64,000 bases of DNA from Promethearchaeota archaeon (lineage in GTDB: Archaea > Asgardarchaeota > Lokiarchaeia > Sigyniarchaeales > SOKP01). Position numbers and translations under genes: made by a program. The notes beneath the pieces are model-generated. The model was not told where the DNA came from, did not search any database, and worked only from the letters and a program-made list of their open reading frames with translations. Below, one piece after another: positions 38,229 to 47,709 of the stretch; position 1 is the first letter of the stretch; every line of letters begins with the position of its first letter. Where the stretch lies: contig JAUVNS010000009.1 of NCBI GenBank assembly GCA_030599585.1, forward strand, positions 32,001-96,000. Direction: 5' to 3'.

Positions 38229-39329
38229 ATGGAACATACGAATTTGTCATTAGAATATGATAAGAGCCTGATAGAAAGGGTTCTGGACGATCTAGATATG
38301 AGATACATTATCATGTTTTTGTATATTATCAGAAATGACTTGTTTAAAGACTTAAAGGATCCAAAAATTATAGAGTCTTATGAGAGAGTCATCATTTTAG
38401 ACGAAATATTTAAAAATAACATACTCAACTTTTGGGAAGAAAATTTTATTGAAATAGCTACCGATCTGGGCTTGTTTAAAAATATTCGTAGCATTAGAGA
38501 ATTTAATCATAAAGATGGGGATTTCACAATACGATTAGGAGAAGAGACAATTACAATCGAGAACGACAAAGTATCCGTGCCAGATCATACTCTTTTCTTA
38601 ATGATAAATAAAAAATTTAAGTTTCTTACAAAAAGGAATTATAATTTAGCCTTGATTAAATTAAAAGGAGTAAAATGTCAGAATAGTAATCTGATTCATA
38701 ATTTTATCTCTCAAATGGGAGAAAACGATTTTGCAATATCTGATGACATATACTACATATTAGATCAATTTGGTAATGTTTATCAGGCAATAAAAATTGA
38801 GATCACAATCGAAGGGGTTCACCAGAAATACTTAGATATGAAAGAAAAAATTAACGAGTATATAGATATCTTTGAACCAAAATTGAGGAGTAAATCCGTG
38901 TTAAAAAAAATATTTAAAGCGATTGAGAATGAGAAAGATGTTTTTAAATATCTGAGGGATGAAAAAATTGAACTTCCTGATAAGTTCAACATTGACGAAG
39001 ATTCAGAGAGAAATGAAATTGGCAATGACTGGTATTTAAGAGTGATGGCATTATTGAACACTAGGTTTAAGATGGAACAACTCGACGAGAAAATATTAGA
39101 AACCAAAAAATATTATTCTGGAAAAGATAAAATGTTTAATTATCTTGAATTTATAGAAAAAGTGTCTTTTAACGAAGATAGCATAGTAAATAAAATTCAA
39201 AACATTCTACTTAAACTCAGAGAGGATTTAATAAAAATTAATAAAGAACTTGGAGTATTAACGAAAAAAGAATTAAAATTATTAAATTTAGATTATGAAC
39301 GGTATTTAATTACAAGAAGTGATGATTAA
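38229..39329 (+). CDS. hypothetical protein, probable winged helix plus helical bundle (first gene of 8-gene operon)
   Basis: Helix-helix-wing-like segment near residues 118-180 followed by long helices. Confidence 0.65.
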   Translation: MEHTNLSLEYDKSLIERVLDDLDMRYIIMFLYIIRNDLFKDLKDPKIIESYERVIILDEIFKNNILNFWEENFIEIATDLGLFKNIRSIREFNHKDGDFTIRLGEETITIENDKVSVPDHTLFLMINKKFKFLTKRNYNLALIKLKGVKCQNSNLIHNFISQMGENDFAISDDIYYILDQFGNVYQAIKIEITIEGVHQKYLDMKEKINEYIDIFEPKLRSKSVLKKIFKAIENEKDVFKYLRDEKIELPDKFNIDEDSERNEIGNDWYLRVMALLNTRFKMEQLDEKILETKKYYSGKDKMFNYLEFIEKVSFNEDSIVNKIQNILLKLREDLIKINKELGVLTKKELKLLNLDYERYLITRSDD

Positions 39330-39331
39330 AT

Positions 39332-40288
39332 TTGAAGTGTTCAGCATGTAACATCGAAATGGAACCTTTGGTTTCTGGAATTTACCAATGTCCTCAATGT
39401 AGAAGAATTGTGAAGCAGAAAGACGAAAAAGCTGAAGCTGAAGCTATGAAAGAGGTAGAAAAAGGAGAATTTCTCGAAGGAGAATATTTTCACAATAATC
39501 TAAGTCTAAACAAAAAATACGAAGAGTGCGAACAAGGAATTATTATAAATAAGACCGAATCTCGTTTATTTGCTGTGTTAATCTGTCATAGCGCTTATCT
39601 AAGAGACGAAAAATATGTGAGACTCTCATGGTGGAAAAGTTTTCAGCATGCTGGTATGTTTAAAATCTATGAAAAAGCCGTTCTAAATAATACTATTATC
39701 ACATTAGAAAAATTTAATAAAAATTTTGACGATATTTGGACTTGGGGTGGAAAATACGGAGAAAAAGAACCTAAAACCAAAGATGCAAAAGAGAAAGAAA
39801 AATATTTAGACCTAATTAAATTCAGGATTTTAGAACACCGAACTTGCCCAAAATGTCAAAAAAAAATGTCAAAAAAGAAATCTCATTACGAATGCCAACA
39901 TTGTGGTGAAATAGTTATACTGGAGGGGTATAATCAACCAATTTTTAACATACAATCATCAGAATTGGATTTAGATTTTCAATCCAATTTCCCCATCAAT
40001 TATTACTTGCCAGTAAGCGGTATAACTGTGAAGTGGTTAATGGGAGAGTGGAAAGCACTAGCAGTTATTCACGATAAAGATAATCCTAATAAACAATGGC
40101 TAAGATTTTATTGGTGGATGCGTGACTTAAGCAGTTTATTAAAATACGGAAGGAGAGAAATAGGTGAAGGAATCCAAATGGGCTGGAAAGCCCAAAGAGG
40201 AGTTGCGTCCCCTAACATCTACGATAAAAAACTTATCACGCCTTTAATCAAAGCATTAAAGAGAATAAAACAAGAGTTAGATTGGTGA
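39332..40288 (+). CDS. double Zn-ribbon protein with internally duplicated domain
   Basis: CSAC..CPQC and CPKC..CQHC; repeated YVRLSWW / WLRFYWW segments. Confidence 0.7.
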   Translation: MKCSACNIEMEPLVSGIYQCPQCRRIVKQKDEKAEAEAMKEVEKGEFLEGEYFHNNLSLNKKYEECEQGIIINKTESRLFAVLICHSAYLRDEKYVRLSWWKSFQHAGMFKIYEKAVLNNTIITLEKFNKNFDDIWTWGGKYGEKEPKTKDAKEKEKYLDLIKFRILEHRTCPKCQKKMSKKKSHYECQHCGEIVILEGYNQPIFNIQSSELDLDFQSNFPINYYLPVSGITVKWLMGEWKALAVIHDKDNPNKQWLRFYWWMRDLSSLLKYGRREIGEGIQMGWKAQRGVASPNIYDKKLITPLIKALKRIKQELDW

Positions 40289-40313
40289 AATTGAAAGAAG
40301 ACATACAATTTAG

Positions 40314-41462
40314 GTGAACAAAATGGAAAGTAATCAAGAGGGCACTTGGCACGAACTTCTTCAAGACTTCGAGAAGGGTTTAGATAAAGCTATGGATGAG
40401 CTCGAAAAACGGGATGTGGAAAACATACCAGGTGCTAAGGAAGCTTTAAAACAGAGGTTAAAGAATATGAGGCTTCATTTTGCTAAAAATAATGGTGAAA
40501 TTTTTTTAAAATCCATTGATGATAAAATTCAAAATGCGTTTTTCCCTAACACAAAAAATTTTTCTGATGCATTTCAAAAAATAATAAAATCTCGTACTCA
40601 CGAACAAGATTTTATCATAAACGAACTGTTAAACGGATTCGTGGCTTCAAAAGCTAAAGCTGTTGCTACGGGAACTCAAGGACCCGTAATTGATAGAATG
40701 GTCGAAGCTTTTAGTAAAAGAAATGATTTTCATATTATTGATCATCAATTTTATGCTATGTTTGGCGACCCTAATAAACCTCGACACTATATTAAAAGTC
40801 AACTTGAAGAGTTGGTTAAATTATTTGGTCTCGTGTCAAAAGAATTAATTATAGAAAAGGATGTTAGAAAAAGCGAAGAAAAAATATTCACTTTTTATAC
40901 TTTTCCGGAAAAGATTATTAAAATACTAGAAGAGAAATATTTAATACTCGACGAAAAATTAGGATATACATATGTTTCTGAAGCATTTGATAGAAATGTA
41001 TTCATATGTATGTTCTTAGCAAATGTGGCCATTAATAGAGATGATTTAGATAAGATTGGTGGATATTATACTTTAAATGGTATCTCGGCCATTTTTGCGT
41101 TAATTCTGCTGTTAAGTTTTTTACCTAAATTATCAATAGATGAAACAAACCCCATCCTTAACGATCCTAATTACGATACAGATACTATGAGTGTTATTCC
41201 TAAATCTTGGATGATGAAACAAGTTTTAGAACCATTGTTCGAACCTTTAATTAAAATCATTGCTTACAGATTAGGGGGTGGTTTATGGTTGTCTAAAATA
41301 ATTGCTTCAGATATTAATAAAAAAATCCATAATCAAATACGTTTTTTGATTAAAGACGTCAATAAATGGGTTCTCGGTCAACTCGTAAGAGTAGAAATAC
41401 CAATCTTCGTAGAAATTTCGAATATTTTCACAGAAATCGTAGTGGGCTACGATGAAAGTTAA
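40314..41462 (+). CDS. hypothetical protein (operon)
   Basis: 382-aa ORF, tightly spaced within the operon. Confidence 0.7.
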   Translation: MNKMESNQEGTWHELLQDFEKGLDKAMDELEKRDVENIPGAKEALKQRLKNMRLHFAKNNGEIFLKSIDDKIQNAFFPNTKNFSDAFQKIIKSRTHEQDFIINELLNGFVASKAKAVATGTQGPVIDRMVEAFSKRNDFHIIDHQFYAMFGDPNKPRHYIKSQLEELVKLFGLVSKELIIEKDVRKSEEKIFTFYTFPEKIIKILEEKYLILDEKLGYTYVSEAFDRNVFICMFLANVAINRDDLDKIGGYYTLNGISAIFALILLLSFLPKLSIDETNPILNDPNYDTDTMSVIPKSWMMKQVLEPLFEPLIKIIAYRLGGGLWLSKIIASDINKKIHNQIRFLIKDVNKWVLGQLVRVEIPIFVEISNIFTEIVVGYDES

Positions 41463-41479
41463 TAGCAATGATAAATTGA

Positions 41480-42796
41480 GTGAGAATTATGAGTTATAAA
41501 AGAAAAACAACAAGGAATGTTAGGCCTGGGAGAAAAAGGGAGAAGTGGACAGATATCTTACCGAGGTACCTTACATTTTTAACTCATATGCGCCCAATAC
41601 TAAGAGAAACAAGAAGGATAATAATTGATTTGGATGCCGACCTTCTTTTAGATACAGAAATTCTAGACAAAATTCGGGAAGAAGAAGAAAAGCGAAATTT
41701 TAGAAAAGTAAGAGCTTTATCAGAATTTTCCGCAATGTACAGGTCAAATATCTATGAAATTATAAAAGATTTCTTAGTTAAATATAGGAATCAAATACCT
41801 ATCCTTGATATTAAAGATTATATTATTGAATTCTTATACGAATCAATCGGGGCTCTGAATACTTTGTCACACATCACTAACCCAGACGAAGCAAATTTAG
41901 AAAACACATATCTTTATGTTTTAGCTAAGTTCATTGAAGAACGACTCTTCTCTCGAGGTAGAAATTTAAGTATTATATATAGTACCTTATTAGGTTATTC
42001 TTCAGATTTATACGATTGTCAGAGACATATGCTCCAACCACATACTTATTATCGTGAAAAATTAGAATCCTCTGATTTATTTGAAATTCCTGGAATATCC
42101 CCTAAAGTTTACAATATTATCAATAACGTAACCTCACTTTTTAATTTGGATCCGAATTTCGGAGAATTCCCTGAACGAGAAAATCAGGAACTGCCAATGA
42201 TATTAAAACCTGAAGTATTCGATCCTTATATTGATTCTATAGCAAATGCAGAAGAAGAAGCTATCGTACAAATTTCTGAACGATTTGGACTGCGATTAAT
42301 AGACGGAATCTTCCTTGCTCCAAGAGAAGACCTAGTAGATTTACTAACAGAAAATAATTTTTTGCGAAAAAATTCACAATCAGATGGAAAAGTACGATTA
42401 ATACCTCAACTAAGCAATGAAAGCTTATTTCTCTATTATTTAGCTTTCGCATCCCAGAGAAGAGGTTTTTTATCGAAAGAATTAATAAATTGGATTTCAA
42501 TGAATTTCGCTTTTTTAATTTATATGGGTATTTTGAAGTGGAAGTTGTCAGATCAAAATATTTTCTATCCTATCTTTAAGGATTTACAGACAAATGAGAA
42601 GATTTTACCTTATTTAATGAAACTTCTCTGTTTTCCTAACTATCTAAGTATTGATAAAATGAAAATACGGGATTCTCCACAATATAGAAAAGAAATTTTT
42701 AACTTTATTGGTTCTCAAATCGATAATCTTAAAGATTTTATCTCAGAAATAGCTGAATTTTGTGAAAAGTTTGATAAAGAAAGAAAAAATAACTAA
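41480..42796 (+). CDS. hypothetical protein with basic N-terminus (operon)
   Basis: 438-aa ORF beginning YKRKTTRNVRPGRKREKW. Confidence 0.7.
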   Translation: MRIMSYKRKTTRNVRPGRKREKWTDILPRYLTFLTHMRPILRETRRIIIDLDADLLLDTEILDKIREEEEKRNFRKVRALSEFSAMYRSNIYEIIKDFLVKYRNQIPILDIKDYIIEFLYESIGALNTLSHITNPDEANLENTYLYVLAKFIEERLFSRGRNLSIIYSTLLGYSSDLYDCQRHMLQPHTYYREKLESSDLFEIPGISPKVYNIINNVTSLFNLDPNFGEFPERENQELPMILKPEVFDPYIDSIANAEEEAIVQISERFGLRLIDGIFLAPREDLVDLLTENNFLRKNSQSDGKVRLIPQLSNESLFLYYLAFASQRRGFLSKELINWISMNFAFLIYMGILKWKLSDQNIFYPIFKDLQTNEKILPYLMKLLCFPNYLSIDKMKIRDSPQYRKEIFNFIGSQIDNLKDFISEIAEFCEKFDKERKNN

Positions 42797-42812
42797 ATTA
42801 GAATAAAAAGAG

Positions 42813-43931
42813 ATGAGAAAAATGAGCAATTCAAAAGATGATGGAGACGGGAAGATAACTTTCACCGAAGACGTCATTAAAAGTAGGTTAGGTAAATATG
42901 GAGCGGTATATTTTCCTTCCGCCATACAAGAATCAATAGATGATATTCTAGGTAATGAGAATATAAAAGAAATTTTACACGATTTCTTTAAAGCTTTGAA
43001 GAAATACTATGAATTTAGTAAACGATTAAAGGGAGCAAAACTCAACCCGAGTTTAACCGTTCTCTTGTATGGCCCACCAGGTACAGGTAAAACTTCTCTA
43101 ACAAGAGGGTTTGCAAAGCATTACGATATTCCATTATGTGTAGTAGAAACTGATAGGTTAGTTTCTCCATTGCTAGGAGATACTATTAAACAAATCAGGA
43201 ATGTCGTGGATTTAGCAGCAGAGATAGCAAAGGAACGTGGTAATTTTATCCTTTTCTTTGACGAAATAGATGCTATAGGCTCCGAAAGATCTAATATTCA
43301 TGAAGTAGGTGAGATCAAACGAGCTGTTATTTCATTTTTACAAGTAATTGATAGAATAAATTATGAGGGAGTACCCTTAGCAATTTTTGGGGCTACCAAC
43401 CATCAAAATCAACTAGACTCAGCGATTTGGAGGCGGTTCACGTTTCACTTTAGCTTTGAATTCCCAGAATATCCTCTGAGAAAAAAAATAATTGAATCAT
43501 TCCTTGCTAAAGTTAAAAATGCGAAAATCGGCGTTGATAACTCAATATACACCAATTTAGCCAAAGAATACGAAATGATTCAAAAGATACATAGTAATCT
43601 TACAAGTAAACTAGGATACGAAATCTCTGAGTTTAGTGATACTCTACTTTGGGACGAAATCAATAAAATCAGCAAAAACCAAGGATTGTTAGAGCTTACA
43701 ATAGGATTTTCAGGTTCAGATATTGAAAGAGGAACGAAAGTATCGCTCTTAAAAGCTATTAATACAGAACGCTTAACTTACGATTTATTTTACAATTCTC
43801 TAAAATTAGTGGGAGGGACCGCTATACATGTTGAAAGACAAGATATTTTAACCGATTCAAAACAAAATTTTTTAAAATCTTCGAAAAATGAGCAGAAAAA
43901 ACGCTATATGAAAAGTCCTCCAGAAATCTAA
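42813..43931 (+). CDS. AAA+ ATPase (classic clade, single domain)
   Basis: Walker A GPPGTGKT, Walker B FFDEID, SRH ATNHQNQLDSAIWRRF and GFSGSDI. Confidence 0.93.
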   Translation: MRKMSNSKDDGDGKITFTEDVIKSRLGKYGAVYFPSAIQESIDDILGNENIKEILHDFFKALKKYYEFSKRLKGAKLNPSLTVLLYGPPGTGKTSLTRGFAKHYDIPLCVVETDRLVSPLLGDTIKQIRNVVDLAAEIAKERGNFILFFDEIDAIGSERSNIHEVGEIKRAVISFLQVIDRINYEGVPLAIFGATNHQNQLDSAIWRRFTFHFSFEFPEYPLRKKIIESFLAKVKNAKIGVDNSIYTNLAKEYEMIQKIHSNLTSKLGYEISEFSDTLLWDEINKISKNQGLLELTIGFSGSDIERGTKVSLLKAINTERLTYDLFYNSLKLVGGTAIHVERQDILTDSKQNFLKSSKNEQKKRYMKSPPEI

Positions 43932-43978
43932 GATATTTTTTTTTAAATACGAATAAAAAAATAAATTTACTTGAAAAA

Positions 43979-45013
43979 ATGGAAATAGAATTATTTAACC
44001 TTGAAAAGATAAAGGGATTAACCGCCCCCATTAAAGCTTTACAAGGAAGAGTCAACCAAGTATCAAATCTCGTAAAAAATATAGAACCTGACCAAAAATT
44101 AGCTTCATCTTATTACGGAAACAATTTACTTTTTAAAGAACTCGAACAATTAACAAAATATGTAGATAAAATCAATGATAATTTAAAGATTGTCTCAAAC
44201 AATAACATTAACAAATTTTTAAAATTGAAAAACTACTTAATCAATAAATACAAGCAATCAATTAAAGATAGCTTGAAAACCATTGATTTGGACAATGAAA
44301 ATTTAACACAGATTGGCCTATCATTAATTGAAAATAAATCAATTAGTAAAATAATTGAAAGAATAACGTACATTCCTTCTGTCACCATTAAACAGTGGCT
44401 TGATTTATTAGATGCTTTAAATCAGAACACGATTTTCCTAAAATCTGTTGACAATTTAAGAGAACACTATAAAACAATTTTACAGGACAAATTAAAAAAG
44501 GAACTGGCAAAAATACCCCGTAATGTAGAATCTTTCACAATCGAAGATTTTAAAAGACAATTTCATATCACACCTGAGTTAACCTATGATAAATTCATTC
44601 AATCGATTGAACATAAACTTACTGAAGAAGAATTAAAATCGAAGAAAGAGCTCTTGGAAAAAAAAAAAGAAAAACAAAAGATTGAAGACCTAAAAAAACA
44701 ACAGGAAGAGCAAACGGAATCTTATGATAGTTATTTAAAATTCTCAAATAAAGAATTCGAAAGAAGATTGCGAAAACAGAAACGCGAAAAATTGACTGAT
44801 ATTAGCGACACGGAAAACAAGAAGGACATTGAAATAACAGAAGAAATCTCCCAGAAAATCGAGATGTTTAAAAAACAAATGGATAAAAGATCACAAGACC
44901 AACACATTAATCTCGGTGATCCTAGCGCAGACCCAATAAAATTAATTAGGGAAAGAAAAAGAAAAAAAAAGGAAGAGTATGACGAGTTTAAGGATCATTT
45001 TGAAAGCGATTAA
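43979..45013 (+). CDS. coiled-coil protein with charged C-terminus (operon)
   Basis: K/E-rich helical composition. Confidence 0.7.
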   Translation: MEIELFNLEKIKGLTAPIKALQGRVNQVSNLVKNIEPDQKLASSYYGNNLLFKELEQLTKYVDKINDNLKIVSNNNINKFLKLKNYLINKYKQSIKDSLKTIDLDNENLTQIGLSLIENKSISKIIERITYIPSVTIKQWLDLLDALNQNTIFLKSVDNLREHYKTILQDKLKKELAKIPRNVESFTIEDFKRQFHITPELTYDKFIQSIEHKLTEEELKSKKELLEKKKEKQKIEDLKKQQEEQTESYDSYLKFSNKEFERRLRKQKREKLTDISDTENKKDIEITEEISQKIEMFKKQMDKRSQDQHINLGDPSADPIKLIRERKRKKKEEYDEFKDHFESD

Positions 45014-45026
45014 ATACTAAAGTGGA

Positions 45027-46649
45027 GTGAAATTACGCATTAATAAAAAAAGGACTGAGATTATTGTAGGAGAAAATAAGATCTTTATAGAAGATCGATA
45101 TACTTTAGTACAAGGGAAATTTAAGCTTAATCAATTTCATGAATATTATAATGACGATTATCTTAAGATTCAAGAAAATTTGGATTTAATTCCAGTAGAA
45201 AAATTTATCAAAGTAATTTCAAACGAATCAAATAGCTTATCAGGCTTAACAAATTTTACCAAAATACTAGATCTCTTATCTGGTTATAGTAAGATTGTTG
45301 AAAATAATCTAGAAATCTATGTAAAATTTAGCGAAAATATAGAAATTTTGCATACCCTCTTTAAATTGATCTATTTCTCAACAAAAATGAAAACCCTGTC
45401 TAAAGAGTTAGAATTATCAAAAATTCGTAATCTTTCGAGCGATATCTTAGCTACTGCAGATTTAATGAAAAGTTTGGCAGAATCTATAAACAACAACAAG
45501 GTCAAATCGTCCTACATCAAAGAAGATTATTTTCAACGGAAAAATCAAATTGACAAAATCAAGAAAGATCAAACAATTTATGAAACACTAATTCAAGATC
45601 AATCCCAAATTAAAAAAAATTGTTTTGATCAAATCAATAAAATCACTAGGCAATTAGAGGGCTCAAAAACAGAAAATGAAAATGAATCGTTTTTACGGTT
45701 AGGTATTGATACAAATTTAACAAATTCAGAGAAGATAAGAGCCCTTCAAAAAAGAGCAAAAGATACGCAATATGAAATTAACAAGATTAGGCTAAGATCA
45801 AAACAATCACAAGCAGAATTCGAAGAATTATCGCCAAATTATGAAATTTACAGAATTGATTATGAAGAAATTTTAGAAGCCATAAACGAAGACGAGAAGA
45901 AATTGAGACAAGTTCAAAAGGACTATGAAAAAAAAGTTATGGAAAATAAAGAGTTTCAATTTGGAGAGACTAAAGAGTTACTCTCACGACCTATTAGGCC
46001 ATCTTTAGAGATTGAACAAGAACTAAAAAATGTTGAAACTGAATTAGATAATTTATCGTTTCCTGTTAATTTAAATAAGAAAAACTTACCAAGTAAAATA
46101 CCTATAATAACAGAGAAGTTTAAAGAAATTGATGCTATCCTTAGAAATAACGATGATTATATAAATATTAACGCAAATGAAGAAGAAATCGAAGAATTTT
46201 TTGAAAATTTTCGTATTTTTGAGAATCTTCTTAAGAACTTTGAAAATATTGCGAATAAGTTTCTAAAAACAATTCAACTCCAAGTACAGTTTAACCTCGT
46301 TACAAACCAAATGAACACTGCTTTTTTGATAAAGACGGATTTCACAAGAAATTTTAAAATTAAAGTAAGTTTTGAGAATTTAACTACTCCTGAAAAAATT
46401 TTTTTCCTAATAAGTTTTTTTATCTCGTTTAAAGTTTTGTTAAATTCAAAAAATATTATTTTTTCAAATTTATTCATTCTTCCGGTATATAATAAAGGTG
46501 GTTCAATATATAGAACCATCAGGAAAATTATCCCTTTATTTGAAACTGACGAAAATTTATCTGATGTGAGTATTATATTGCTTATGTCAAATCTAATGTT
46601 GAAAAAAGATATCGAAAAATTGAAAATTATAAAAGTAAATGAGAGTTGA
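45027..46649 (+). CDS. SMC/Rad50-like coiled-coil protein with degenerate ABC-ATPase head
   Basis: N-terminal EIIVGENK (Walker A position), long central coiled coil, LTTPEK (signature position), IIFSN (Walker B position) and IILLMSN (H-loop position). Confidence 0.6.
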   Translation: MKLRINKKRTEIIVGENKIFIEDRYTLVQGKFKLNQFHEYYNDDYLKIQENLDLIPVEKFIKVISNESNSLSGLTNFTKILDLLSGYSKIVENNLEIYVKFSENIEILHTLFKLIYFSTKMKTLSKELELSKIRNLSSDILATADLMKSLAESINNNKVKSSYIKEDYFQRKNQIDKIKKDQTIYETLIQDQSQIKKNCFDQINKITRQLEGSKTENENESFLRLGIDTNLTNSEKIRALQKRAKDTQYEINKIRLRSKQSQAEFEELSPNYEIYRIDYEEILEAINEDEKKLRQVQKDYEKKVMENKEFQFGETKELLSRPIRPSLEIEQELKNVETELDNLSFPVNLNKKNLPSKIPIITEKFKEIDAILRNNDDYININANEEEIEEFFENFRIFENLLKNFENIANKFLKTIQLQVQFNLVTNQMNTAFLIKTDFTRNFKIKVSFENLTTPEKIFFLISFFISFKVLLNSKNIIFSNLFILPVYNKGGSIYRTIRKIIPLFETDENLSDVSIILLMSNLMLKKDIEKLKIIKVNES

Positions 46650-47170
46650 TGAGAGATCAAATGGAAACTGTGAATTTTGAAGATATTGTGAAAAATATCG
46701 CTAAAATTGTCATAACAAGCCCACAAAAAATGATTAGAGAAGAAGATCTTCTGATTTTAACTAAGAACTTGGATTTTGAACAGGTGATAAGCGCTGTTTA
46801 TTCAAATTTGAAAAATGTTGGGTTTGAATTTATCAAATCAAGGTTTTTAGATCAAAATTATTACATTTTAACTTCTGAAGGAAAAGATGATAGAGTTACT
46901 CCATCACAATACGGAACTCTAGCCCTAATCCTTGCGCTTAGCAAAGAATTGGATGAAAACTTAGACATAAATGATCTAAAAAATATTTTTAAAGAAGTAT
47001 GGAATACTGATATGAAATTTTTAATCGAAAACGATTATTTAAGGAAAATCGAAGATCAAAACATACTAAAAATAACGCCATTAGGAAAAGCACTTTTAAA
47101 AAATATAATTAAAGATATTGAATTAAAAAACTTGTTGGAAGCCTTTAAAAGAAAAAAAGAAACAGCTTAA
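46646..47170 (+). CDS. tandem winged-helix protein (ScpB/MukE/JetB KITE-like candidate)
   Basis: Two wH-like modules; TPSQYGTLALILAL...LIENDYL...ITPLGKALL; overlaps the stop of the SMC-like gene. Confidence 0.55.
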   Translation: MMRDQMETVNFEDIVKNIAKIVITSPQKMIREEDLLILTKNLDFEQVISAVYSNLKNVGFEFIKSRFLDQNYYILTSEGKDDRVTPSQYGTLALILALSKELDENLDINDLKNIFKEVWNTDMKFLIENDYLRKIEDQNILKITPLGKALLKNIIKDIELKNLLEAFKRKKETA

Positions 47171-47193
47171 AGTTAAAAAAATAATAGATTTAC

Positions 47194-47577
47194 TTAATCC
47201 TTGTCTAAATCGATATTAAATTGGTCGTAAATTTTTTTCACGCGATCAGCAGAAGGGCCAGTACCTCTCACACCGTCTTCATTTACGATAATTTTCCCAT
47301 TTAAAATTGAAATAATGTTTTGTTCTTCTATGTAATTTACATGCCCTTTAGAAAAAATTGTTGCAATTCTGTCTGCTAACGCTGCCATAGGAAACGGTTC
47401 TTCTTCAACAGTTACATAACGATAATACGAACTTCTAATCATTAGTTTTGGGAAAACTTTACCTTTTTCATTTTTAACATTTGTAAGAATGAGATTACTG
47501 TCCTCTGAAACTCCTTTGAGTTGTCCTACGAAGAATTTATCATTATCAAGATAAACTTTAACAATTTTATCAATCAA
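47194..47577 (-). CDS. Sm-like protein with C-terminal domain (SmAP3 type); true start possibly near 47613
   Basis: Sm1 (VKVYLDNDKFFVGQLKG...NLILTN) and Sm2 (LMIRSS) motifs; C-terminal I.V...GV.G.GP.A.RVKKIY. Confidence 0.85.
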   Translation of the reverse strand: MIDKIVKVYLDNDKFFVGQLKGVSEDSNLILTNVKNEKGKVFPKLMIRSSYYRYVTVEEEPFPMAALADRIATIFSKGHVNYIEEQNIISILNGKIIVNEDGVRGTGPSADRVKKIYDQFNIDLDKD

Positions 47578-47709
47578 TAAACCTAATTCGGTATTATATT
47601 GCCTTAAACTGATATTTCAACACCTTCAATAAATAATAATTTGTACTATATTATTATATTCATTTACTTTTATTTTTAATTTAATTTCTACATCATAAAT
47701 TTATGCATT

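Noticed and set aside
38229-47170. Calling the operon a canonical Wadjet, MukBEF or ESCRT/Cdv locus
   Set aside because: No intact SMC ATPase motifs, no TOPRIM JetD, and no Snf7 or MIT domain recognised; kept only as a diverged-system hypothesis.
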